DNA of 63,070 nt, counting the filler, from Octopus bimaculoides (Eukaryota), in NCBI RefSeq assembly GCF_001194135.2. It is 6 parts of 6 records of this genome, joined end to end, with 100 filler letters (N's around TTAATTAATTAA, not from the genome) between each part and the next. Parts side by side here need not be neighbours in the genome. Positions count along the whole stretch, not along the records: positions 49,661 to 60,514 come from NC_068993.1; positions 60,615 to 63,070 come from NW_026295827.1; 4 more parts are not named here. One strand, given 5' to 3'. Position numbers and translations under genes: made by a program. Positions 52,529 to 63,070 of this stretch are shown in pieces; the first letter of the stretch is position 1; each line of letters opens with the position of its first letter. Below the pieces are notes generated by a model. That model saw only the letters and a list, made by a program, of their open reading frames with translations, was not told the DNA's origin and searched no databases.

Positions 52529-53660
52529 GGTGATAGCATAATTGCGCTGAAAATTGAATGGATGAAATAAAATGCAAGTAGTAAATACATGTACGCTAGT
52601 ATCATTTCGGTATGGTGCTGGAATCATAAACTGGCAAATTAAAGAATTGATGAACATGGATACGAAGACACAGGAAATATAGACAGTGCACGGAGTATTC
52701 TATCCTAAGTACGACACTGATAGGTTTCCTTTGCAAAAGAAAGGGTGGGAGAGGTCTTATCAGTTGTCATGGATGTGTTTAAGCTGAGGAAACATCTTAG
52801 GGAAGCTTATAAAAATTGCTGTGGAACTATTGCTGAAACGTGAAGAAATCCAGCATCATCGAAATTGATAATTGTGCAAAGGAAGAAAACCATAAAGAGC
52901 AAAAGAACACGAAAAAAGAAACAGTATGGAAAAAAAAAAAAAGAATGTACTATCAATTCGCAAGAGATACGAACGCTGAGACAGATATAGAAGATCGGTG
53001 TTTATGGATGCGGAGGAGTAACATGAAGTTAGAATCAGAAGCGGTTATAAACGCAGCACAAGAATAAGCGTTACAGACGAACTATGTAAAGTGCAGAATT
53101 GACAAAACAACTTAGAGCAACGAATTCAGAATATGTGGTGAGAAAGTTGACACGGTATAACACGTTGTTGGTGAATGCCCGAAACTGCCACAACGCAAAA
53201 ACTGAAGACGAAATGATAAATTGGCAACAAAGCTCCATTCAGAGCTCTGTGGAAATTACGGCCTGCAATGAGCAAAGACATGACATAACCGAAGTCCAGA
53301 AGAGTTATTGGGAACAACGACTGGAAAATTCTATCAGATGCAATGATTCTGTATGACCATAAGATCAGATATCGGAAACTTGACATTGTTGCAGTGAACA
53401 AAAACGGAATGATAACCGACATAGTATGCCCTGGTGGCAACAGGAGCAAAGAGAAGGAAGAAGAACTATGACGATATGAAGTGAGGAATACGAAGCTTAT
53501 GGGCAATTAAGAGAGTAGACGTAATAACACTAGTAACTGGTGCGCTTCGAAGTATCAGTGCTCAACTACTAGCATGGCACAAAAAGACTGGTACAAATGT
53601 AAAGGTAGATCACCTACAAAAATCATCCCCGCAAGGTTCCTGAAGCACCATCACTAAGCA
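52527..53660 (+). mobile_element. Decayed R4/Dong-like element 3' half, starting directly after an (AAT)(AAG)(AAC) array
   Basis: Broken frames correspond to the Y.AGII.W...D.KTRK, LE.EAVINAAQE.AL.T, CRICGEK.DTV.H.VGEC and ILSDAMILYDHKIR..KLDIV segments seen in the 43699-46168 copy. Confidence 0.75.
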
Positions 53661-53884
53661 AGTGTCAGTTTAGAATGCTGATCATGGAAAGCTGACACTT
53701 TCCATCATGCCCAGCAAAATAATCTGAGTTTTCATCAAAATAATGACCATAATAGTCATCCTTAAACAGTCTTTATTCACGGACCTTTTGAGCGGGATGA
53801 GCCATTCGACCCGAACAAAATTCTAACTGGGACCCACCTTCAAGGCCATACGCTCTTCATCTTGGTATGAAGTCACCATGTAGC

Positions 53885-54080
53885 ACATATATTGTTATGA
53901 TGCATGTGCTTGGTGTTACCTTATCAGACGGATAATCATGATGGGTATATTGGGCTTCCTGTATTTGTACTCCAAGAAAGTGCTGTCCTCGAGTGAGTTT
54001 CTTGAAAGGTGGGTGAAAGTTGCAAAAAGGGCAAGAGTGGATGGTACCTCTCTAAGTGTAGACATGTGAGCCGGAGAGAA
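53885..54080 (+). mobile_element. L1/Tx1-like ORF2 C-terminal remnant
   Basis: VLSSSEFLERWVKVAKRARVDGTSLSVDM* resembles the ends of Tx1-clade ORF2. Confidence 0.45.
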
Positions 54081-54394
54081 GGAATTGGAGAGAGCACTTG
54101 CTTCTGGGTTTTCATGTGATAGTAACTGTTGGATATAACCACACAAATCAGCAATGCTCGGACAGTGAACGAGATCACAATGATGATGATGATGATGATG
54201 ATGACAAACACAATGCGTTAAGAAGTTTGTTTCCGACAATGTGGTTCTGGTTTTAGTCTAAATGCATCTCAAATTAAGCAATTGTTTTCTGCTACACCAC
54301 AGGGTAACCAAAGACTTACGAGTCAATTTGGTTAGCTGAAAACGAAAGAAGAACAGTGTGCAGCTCTTCCACTGCTATTACATGATACCAATAG

Positions 54395-55250
54395 CCTCGA
54401 AATATGTTGTTCACAAGAACTCTGTCACGCAACATGAAAATAAAGAAACCGATAGCAAACGTAGTTAGGATAATGACAACGTGTCCTTACTATACAAACA
54501 CTATGAAACGAAGAAATGTGCGCAGAACTTCATGCGACGCATACAGATCTCTGGATATATTCAGAAAGATAGGGTTCGAGTATACGGGGGTGCTAGAAAG
54601 ATGTTAGATAACATTATATGTAATGAAACTAGTGGTGCCTGCCCTAGATATAGAAGCAAAGACTGAAATAGAATACAAAGAGCTTGTGACAAAGCAAACA
54701 GGGTAAACACGTGGTATAAAGCCGACAAATATCAAGGAGTGATGTTTGTAGAGGTCACGGCCCATGGAAACCTAGCCCGTAGATTTAGGAAAGCTCTGAA
54801 GGAGACCAAACTGAACATTAAGTTTGTTGAAAAGCCAGAGAACTCCATCAGATCATAACTATGTAGGACGTACCCCATTTGAGAATGTCATATGCACCAA
54901 TGAAAACTGCATGGTATGTAGGATTAACCCTGGCATTAACTATAGAACTAGAAATGTAGTCTACAGCATAAGATGCATAGTCGGTGCTTGTAAAGACATG
55001 AATATAATATACATAGGGGAGAGATCTTAGAACGTTGCGGAAAAAACTAATTGAACATTTGAGACAACATGACGACAAAAAACAGACCTCCTCCATACTC
55101 GCTACGGACCAACATGGAGGCAACTTGTGTCAACTTGACATTCGCATTTTATCCAAGCACCCAAAAGACCCAACCTTCGGACAAATACAATCGTAGTCCT
55201 CATAAATGAAACATCTCCAGTACTAAATAGGAAATATACGTAGCAGGCAA
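54395..55250 (+). mobile_element. Penelope-like element C-terminus (linker plus GIY-YIG endonuclease), Neptune-like
   Basis: ...CPRYRSKD(W)...TWYK...VMFVEVT...KFVEK...PFENVICTNENCMVC...RNVVYSIRCIVGAC...IYIGE...ER...EH: a Cys-rich linker followed by the VVY.I.C....YIGE GIY-YIG motif. Frameshifted. Confidence 0.8.
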
Positions 55251-56955
55251 ACATGCCCCATACCCACAGTATATATTTATATACAGGTAGAATAGTTAGT
55301 GGGCTGTTATGTAGATGTATTTGGGTGCGAGTGTGTGTATATATGTATATGTATATGCATATGCACATGTATATAAGCAAATGGATATACAGATGGATAG
55401 ATACATAAATAATATGAACAGACAGGCACACATACACACACATACGCAAATGAAGACTGAAACACATGACCATATACACACGCAGTTCACTTCACACGGG
55501 GACACATATGGAGACACACATCCACACATATGGAGATACACATCCATACATACAGACACAGTACATATTCACAAAACCCATACACACAGACGCACTCAGA
55601 CACGCAAAAACAAGGAGACAGAGGTACACACACGTGCAATCACACACACACATAAAAACATACAAATTTGAACACAAAAACATACAAACATGAATATGCA
55701 GAATACATACATACAGACGTATACACATACAAATATATATACATATGCACGTACACACACATACACACATGCATACACACACTTACATGCATGCATACAA
55801 ACATACATGCATACATACATACATACATACATACATAAATACATACATACATACATACATACTTACATACATGTGTATGCGCAGACACTGACTCACAATC
55901 ATGCACACAAACAAACGTAAAGAACGTATCTCGGATAACGGACAGAGTCAACAACAATTGTAAAGGTTACAAGACACAACGAAAGTTTTAGAAAAATAAA
56001 TACGTGAGTGGAAAGTTTACCGGTGAGTGTGTTAAATAATAAGGAACTAAAAGAGAATGTCTCTCCCGAGACACAACAATATATATATATATCTATATAT
56101 ATATATATATATATATNNNNNNNNNNNNNNNNNNNNNNNNNNNNNNNNNNNNNNNNNNNNNNNNNNNNNNNNNNNNNNNNNNNNNNNNNNNNNNNNNNNN
56201 NNNNNNNNNNNNNNNNNNNNNNNNNNNNNNNNNNNNNNNNNNNNNNNNNNNNNNNNNNNNNNNNNNNNNNNNNNNNNNNNNNNNNNNNNNNNNNNNNNNN
56301 NNNNNNNNNNNNNNNNNNNNNNNNNNNNNNNNNNNNNNNNNNNNNNNNNNNNNNNNNNNNNNNNNNNNNNNNNNNNNNNNNNNNNNNNNNNNNNNNNNNN
56401 NNNNNNNNNNNNNNNNNNNNNNNNNNNNNNNNNNNNNNNNNNNNNNNNNNNNNNNNNNNNNNNNNNNNNNNNNNNNNNNNNNNNNNNNNNNNNNNNNNNN
56501 NNNNNNNNNNNNNNNNNNNNNNNNNNNNNNNNNNNNNNNNNNNNNNNNNNNNNNNNNNNNNNNNNNNNNNNNNNNNNNNNNNNNNNNNNNNNNNNNNNNN
56601 NNNNNNNNNNNNNNNNNNNNNNNNNNNNNNNNNNNNNNNNNNNNNNNNNNNNNNNNNNNNNNNNNNNNNNNNNNNNNNNNNNNNNNNNNNNNNNNNNNNN
56701 NNNNNNNNNNNNNNNNNNNNNNNNNNNNNNNNNNNNNNNNNNNNNNNNNNNNNNNNNNNNNNNNNNNNNNNNNNNNNNNNNNNNNNNNNNNNNNNNNNNN
56801 NNNNNNNNNNNNNNNNNNNNNNNNNNNNNNNNNNNNNNNNNNNNNNNNNNNNNNNNNNNNNNNNNNNNNNNNNNNNNNNNNNNNNNNNNNNNNNNNNNNN
56901 NNNNNNNNNNNNNNNNNNNNNNNNNNNNNNNNNNNNNNNNNNNNNNNNNNNNNNN

Positions 56956-56986
<31 letters not shown>

Positions 56987-57637
56987 CAAACATGGGGCAA
57001 GTACATTAATTAACCTATTGAGACTTAAATCTAATTAAACATAGTACAATGGAATATTCACAGAGCTAAAAGCCAACAAGCTTCTAGTTTCAGGCACTCT
57101 TCCAAAACAAGCATCCACTATGTTTGGTTCTATAAATTTTCCAAAACGTGGCTTGGAATTTATGACTAAATGAGGGAATCGCATCACAGAATTAATCTAA
57201 GGTATTTAAACTATATGATCTAAAGATAATGTATGATTCTCGTATAGATAAACTGCATCTATTCGAACTAGCATTACAAAGGCGTGGGGCACCGTAATTA
57301 TGGACCAGGATAAAGAACAATCAGTGTTGCTATCTCTTAGGTAGTCTATATATGAGGCGAGTACGTAAAATAAAATTTCAATTCCCTTTATTCACACTTT
57401 TCTCCACATATACCTTACATGGATTCTATTTAGATGTATTTTTATGTATATTTATATATTTTAAAATATTCATATATGTCGATATGTATTAATATATACA
57501 TACGCATTTTAAGTCGTATTCATAACTGTATGAGTGTTATAAAAAGTTGATTGCCTAATTTGAGTTTATATTTCAATTCTTATCTATTGTCTCGAGTTCG
57601 ATCCAAGAACATCTTTCGTGAGAAAGAATAATACTAT

Positions 57638-57687
<50 letters not shown>

Positions 57688-57989
57688 TATATATTGTTTT
57701 ACTATAGTATACACACAGACCAATAATTGCATAGATCAGCATAATAGGATTAAATATACATGCCTTACTTTATCGTAATGCACATAAAATACATCTATAT
57801 TCTAAATTAATCCTTCATCTCATTTCATTTCTTGACAAGTATACACTTAGCGAGCATAAGCTGAAGGAATTTATCGAAACTCTCTGTAGTATGAGGAACT
57901 GTAATATGAGGAACAATGTGCGATTAACCTACTTCTCAGTATCAACTATGTAGCTGGGTTAAATCCGAGACGAGCCCTACCCGTCTGAT

Positions 57990-59860
57990 CTATCACTAGA
58001 AGCTAGTGCTAATACCCTTTCTAGCTCGCACGTCTACACGCGTCCGTCCACTCCCGCTGCTCGAAGCCAAAAACATCCACGCTGGTCCTCCTTCCGCCCA
58101 CTTCCTCATTCACTCTGTCTCTTCCGGTAGGGCCCCTCAGCCATTGATGTCCCTGACCCATTTCTTCCAGTTCACTTCATCTCCTACTGCGATGTGCAGT
58201 GTGCCTTTGGAAGCTTGCCCCAGACTTCAACTCCTATCGGCACGATAGGCTCTCTCTTTTCCACAGCGTGTTGTGATGCTGTACACAAGTGTCATCTTAC
58301 ATACCTGAATATCGCTCTGTGTGGAACGAATTCCCCTACCCGTCCTGATCGGGGTGATATTTTGTACCAAAACACCGCTCCCAGTGGTGAGATGCGCCCT
58401 CTCTCCGCCATGGCTTTGTTCGTGCGGGCGTGTCTTTCCGCAATTCCAATTTCATTCGGCCTTTCACAGTCCATCAGCAATTCACCCACAGGGTCCTGTT
58501 CCAGAAATATCTCGTTCAGGATACTCGCAACATCATCCGCAGTATCTGTCTTCATTTCCCTCCGTATCGCCATCCGACACGGTCCGCAGTCGACTATCGA
58601 GAGTTACGTTCCCTGCCAGTAGAGTGTCACATCCACCGCGAATCTTCCCCAGTTGTGCTCTACTGATATGTTTTCCGGCTCGTGCACACCCAGAGCATAG
58701 TCGATGGATTGACGCCTATCACAGCTCCCAATCATATTTTGGATGCTCTGCCTAATAACGTCGGAGTCAACCTTCCTGTCAAGATACAGGATTCTACCCA
58801 CGCCTATATGATGCATAGTATTCAATCGCCTTAGTTCTGAGCCACCTAGCCGACTCATTCCAGCTATCTTCCGGCACTGCCAAGCAGGCCTTTTTCACCC
58901 TGATTAGAATGCTTGCTGCTCCTTTGGTTCGAGACCTCCTTTCATCGGTGATCACTAATCCAAGTACAAGAGCTGAATCTATTCGGATTTCGATAGAGCG
59001 CAGCGCCTCTTCCCCTTCAGCACTGCAACCATTTCAGCCACGTCAATGTGACTGTAATCATCTGCTTCTTGGAGCCAGGATGCATCCTCCACTTCGACAC
59101 CCTCGATTTCCAGGACTACCCCTATGGCTATGCTGTTCACATTTTACCATGTGATCCCGTTCTCCAATTTAAGCACATACAGATTCTTTTCACTGGGACT
59201 ACGCTCTCCTGCATCACTGCCACCGTCCTTTCTCCCACTTTGTCTCCCCAACTTGCCCGATCGGCTCGTCTCATGACGTAGCTGCATGCTGTTCAAGGCC
59301 ACCCAGCGATTGGATAGTGACCCACTTGTCTCCCACACATCGATAATAGTTCTTGTCTGCTGATGCTGAAACTCAGTTCCAGAATCTCATTTTGTTTCCT
59401 AAACACCAACACATCTGTCACTTTGAAACTTGAGCCCCAGTGCTGCTCCAACAATTGGCCCCGGTATTTGATAGTCAGCCCGATCTTCTTTAGGTCACCT
59501 ACCAACTCTGCAGTAGACATTAGAGTCTTGTTTACCAGGATATCATCTATATAGAGACTGGTGGCTTTTTATCTTGTCCACCTTTCCCAGGATAGATTTG
59601 AGCACTGTTACTATGATCTTAAGTTCAGAATTCAGGCCGAAATCCAGCCTAGTCAAACAGTATATCTGGCACTTATATCTCACCAGCTGATACTTCTGCC
59701 CGCTGTTTTACGTCGGCAAGCAGGCTTAAGCGAAGAGTTCGGTCATCACCATCTCTTGCTGCTCAGCAACTGCTGCCCCTGCACCGATATGACGTCAAGG
59801 AAACCATTTAGGAAAGCCAACCGCGCTTTCTAGTCACTTTCGGGTAAAACCAGAAAACAT
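57990..59860 (-). mobile_element. Decayed LTR-retrotransposon pol (RT - RNase H - HHCC - integrase order)
   Basis: YCLTRLDFGLNS and ATSLYIDDILV (RT); RQELLSMCGRQVGHYPIAGW; IGVVLEIEGVEVEDASWL (RNase H); HHIGVGRILYLDRKVD...SCDR.QSID (HHCC); WGRFAVDVT, ELLMD and GIAERHARTNKAMAER (integrase). No LTRs were identified. Confidence 0.85.
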
Positions 59861-59990
59861 GGCCAGTTTCCGGAACACCGGAACACACTCGCACACAAAA
59901 CATACACCCATATACGACGGGATTCTTTCAGTTACCGTCTATACATAGATACATACATACATACATACATACATACGTACATACATACAT

Positions 59991-60040
<50 letters not shown>

Positions 60041-60244
60041 TTTATTATATGTATTTATTTTCTCCTAATTAATACAAAACTCGGACAAAATAAATTGGTT
60101 AATAGATACCAGGGTAGCAAATATCACATAATAACTGTGGTGTAACTCCTGTTTATGAGGTAGAAACTCATTGATATTTTGGGTACTTCAGTATATATGA
60201 ATTTAGTGAATGGAGTAAAACGCATATTTTAACTGCATACTTTT

Positions 60245-60332
60245 ATTTCCAACATATGTTTCGAAGAATTACAATTTATACGATCCATAGGAATCGGCGA
60301 TGTTAAAAATGTAATCTTCTCTTCAGGGAAAT
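60245..60332 (-). ncRNA. Type I hammerhead ribozyme fold, homologue of 32867-32954, predicted cleavage after GUU (between 60251 and 60250)
   Basis: On the minus strand: stem I ATTTCC/GGAAAT (6 bp), core CUGAAGA (60326-60320), stem II GAAGATTAC/GTAATTCTTC with a 1-nt bulge, GAA, then palindromic ACATATGT, H17=U. Confidence 0.8.
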
Positions 60333-60614
60333 GCATGGGAACCAGCTTAAACGTAAAACATTATATATATAAGCAATGTTAATTCTCTAAATGAAGTATT
60401 AACAGTAACTGCACGATAAAGTGTAGTATATTGCCACTTAAGTGTGGCTGACCCCTAGGGGTGGATGTTACTGTTGCTTTTAGCCCCAGGAGGACATCTC
60501 CTCCAGCTGGCTTANNNNNNNNNNNNNNNNNNNNNNNNNNNNNNNNNNNNNNNNNNNNTTAATTAATTAANNNNNNNNNNNNNNNNNNNNNNNNNNNNNN
60601 NNNNNNNNNNNNNN

Positions 60615-60654
<40 letters not shown>

Positions 60655-60669
60655 TACACTCACAAATAT

Positions 60670-61010
60670 AAATCTGTCATCTTTGACTTGTTTCAGTCAT
60701 TTGACAGCGGCCATGCTGGAGCATCACCTTGAAGGGTTTTTAGGCGAACAAATCCATCCTAGTACTTATTCCATCGCTTTTGCTTTGCCGAACCGCTAGT
60801 TTACAGGGGACATAAACACACCGGCATCGGTTGTCAAGCGATGGTGGAGGGGGGACGAATAAACACAGAAAACGCACACACACAGATATAAATACATACA
60901 CATACGCAAACAGACGCACACACACAGACACAAAAACATACACTAATATACGATAGGCTTCATTCAGTTTCCGTCTACCAAATCCACTCAGAGGTTTTAT
61001 TGGAAGACCT
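60670..61010 (-). mobile_element. SINE family A copy
   Basis: Reverse complement matches the body and tail of 1568-2025. A further head fragment is at about 62255-62400 (-). Confidence 0.85.
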
Positions 61011-61159
61011 TATATCTGGCAACAGGACTCTGTACCATGCCACACAAGCAGGAGAACCCAGTCACATACGCCTTGGAAACCGGGGAACCGGCCCTTATGT
61101 GTTGACATGACTCGAGAAGGTAACTTCACATTTACCTTATCGTTATTACCACAGGAGCG

Positions 61160-61376
61160 GAGGCGCAATGGCCCAATAGTTAGGGCAGCGGACTCGCGGT
61201 CGTAGGATCGCGGTTTCGATTCCCAGACCGGGCGTTGTGAGTGTTTATTGAGCGAAAACACCTAAAGCTCCACGAGGCTCCGGCAGGGGATGGTGGCGAA
61301 CACTGCTGTACTCTTCCACCACAACTTTCTCTCACTCTTACTTCCTGTTTCTGTTGTACCTGTAATTCAAAGGGTC
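61160..61376 (+). mobile_element. Young tRNA-derived SINE (family C), truncated by a gap
   Basis: A box (caatggcccaatagttag) and B box (ggtttcgattccc), CpG-rich. Its last bases match the SINE fragments at 44052-44238 and about 28090-28160. Confidence 0.8.
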
Positions 61377-62174
61377 NNNNNNNNNNNNNNNNNNNNNNNN
61401 NNNNNNNNNNNNNNNNNNNNNNNNNNNNNNNNNNNNNNNNNNNNNNNNNNNNNNNNNNNNNNNNNNNNNNNNNNNNNNNNNNNNNNNNNNNNNNNNNNNN
61501 NNNNNNNNNNNNNNNNNNNNNNNNNNNNNNNNNNNNNNNNNNNNNNNNNNNNNNNNNNNNNNNNNNNNNNNNNNNNNNNNNNNNNNNNNNNNNNNNNNNN
61601 NNNNNNNNNNNNNNNNNNNNNNNNNNNNNNNNNNNNNNNNNNNNNNNNNNNNNNNNNNNNNNNNNNNNNNNNNNNNNNNNNNNNNNNNNNNNNNNNNNNN
61701 NNNNNNNNNNNNNNNNNNNNNNNNNNNNNNNNNNNNNNNNNNNNNNNNNNNNNNNNNNNNNNNNNNNNNNNNNNNNNNNNNNNNNNNNNNNNNNNNNNNN
61801 NNNNNNNNNNNNNNNNNNNNNNNNNNNNNNNNNNNNNNNNNNNNNNNNNNNNNNNNNNNNNNNNNNNNNNNNNNNNNNNNNNNNNNNNNNNNNNNNNNNN
61901 NNNNNNNNNNNNNNNNNNNNNNNNNNNNNNNNNNNNNNNNNNNNNNNNNNNNNNNNNNNNNNNNNNNNNNNNNNNNNNNNNNNNNNNNNNNNNNNNNNNN
62001 NNNNNNNNNNNNNNNNNNNNNNNNNNNNNNNNNNNNNNNNNNNNNNNNNNNNNNNNNNNNNNNNNNNNNNNNNNNNNNNNNNNNNNNNNNNNNNNNNNNN
62101 NNNNNNNNNNNNNNNNNNNNNNNNNNNNNNNNNNNNNNNNNNNNNNNNNNNNNNNNNNNNNNNNNNNNNNNNNN

Positions 62175-62233
<59 letters not shown>

Positions 62234-63031
62234 GCACACACACGTGTACGTATATGACAGGCTTATTCCAGTTCCCGTCAACCAAGACTTTTGGTCGGCC
62301 TGAGGCTATAGTAGAAGACACTTACCCTGAGTTCCACGAAGTGAGATTGAACCCGATATCATGTGGCTGGAAAGTAAACGTCTTACCACGCAGCTACCAT
62401 TTTTTAAACCAGAGAAATGTATGACGTTTGATGGAAATTTGGCTGTTATAGCTCACCCTTCGTGCGCTCATGTAGAGACCATCTCGTTTCTTGCGGTTGG
62501 TGCAAAGTATGTAAGGAGACAGGAGTGGGGGAATACGAAGAGTTCTAAAGCTAGGTATTGTGTTTCAAATTGAAGCAAAGCTGGTATTGTTTAACAAATA
62601 TCACTAATTCTAGCACAATTCTTTCGCGACACAAAGACAGGATGAAATTGCATGAAGGAAACAAAAGAACCGTTATCTTACGCATAGACACGCAGACATT
62701 ATATATATATATATATGCATACACACAGATGCAAACACGCATATATACATACACATATACATACACACAGATATATATACATTTATATACATATATATGC
62801 ATATACTAATGTATTGGATACATACTCGTATACCTATATATATCAAAATATATATATAATGTTTAATATATATATATACATATATATATATATGTATATA
62901 TATATACATTTATATATATATGCATATATATATGCGTACTTACACAAAGAAGGGTACAAACATACATATATACTTTTATATACATATATATTTATTTCAC
63001 ACATTTAGCTATATATGCATATACAAACACG

Positions 63032-63070
<39 letters not shown>

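Noticed and set aside
61160-61235. tRNA-like sequence (also 11786-11850)
   Set aside because: A and B boxes are present, but there is no acceptor-stem pairing and each continues into a repeat body, so these are SINE heads rather than tRNA genes.
3533-63008. Long ORFs in the supplied track (poly-HT, YI, CV, LS or X-filled)
   Set aside because: They are translations of dinucleotide/trinucleotide microsatellites or N gaps, with no domain content.

Overview
This is AT-rich, microsatellite-dense animal genomic DNA with many N gaps. The SINE families and repeat make-up point to an octopus/cephalopod draft assembly (inference). The only host gene I can support is an integrin alpha subunit on the + strand. 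Five spliced, in-phase exons (34316-34424, 37958-38143, 39774-39968, 41476-41618, 46247-46366) encode the last two FG-GAP/Ca2+-binding blades of the beta-propeller and most of the thigh domain; the six-frame ORF track largely misses them. A 90-bp near-identical partial copy of one exon lies 758 bp upstream of it. The rest is transposon debris: several tRNA-derived SINE families, Tc1/mariner fragments, L1/Tx1-like, RTE, three R4/Dong-like RLE retroelements (one embedded in TAA microsatellite), a Penelope-like GIY-YIG fragment and a decayed LTR pol. The most interesting non-coding signal is a pair of homologous type I hammerhead ribozyme folds (32867-32954 on +, 60245-60332 on -). They have an intact catalytic core, a palindromic stem III, an unusually long stem II and a compensatory base-pair change; the + copy is sense to the integrin pre-mRNA. 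A third, core-mutated minimal hammerhead is at 15246-15283. All alignments and foldings were done by eye. Almost all listed ORFs are microsatellite or N-gap artefacts.
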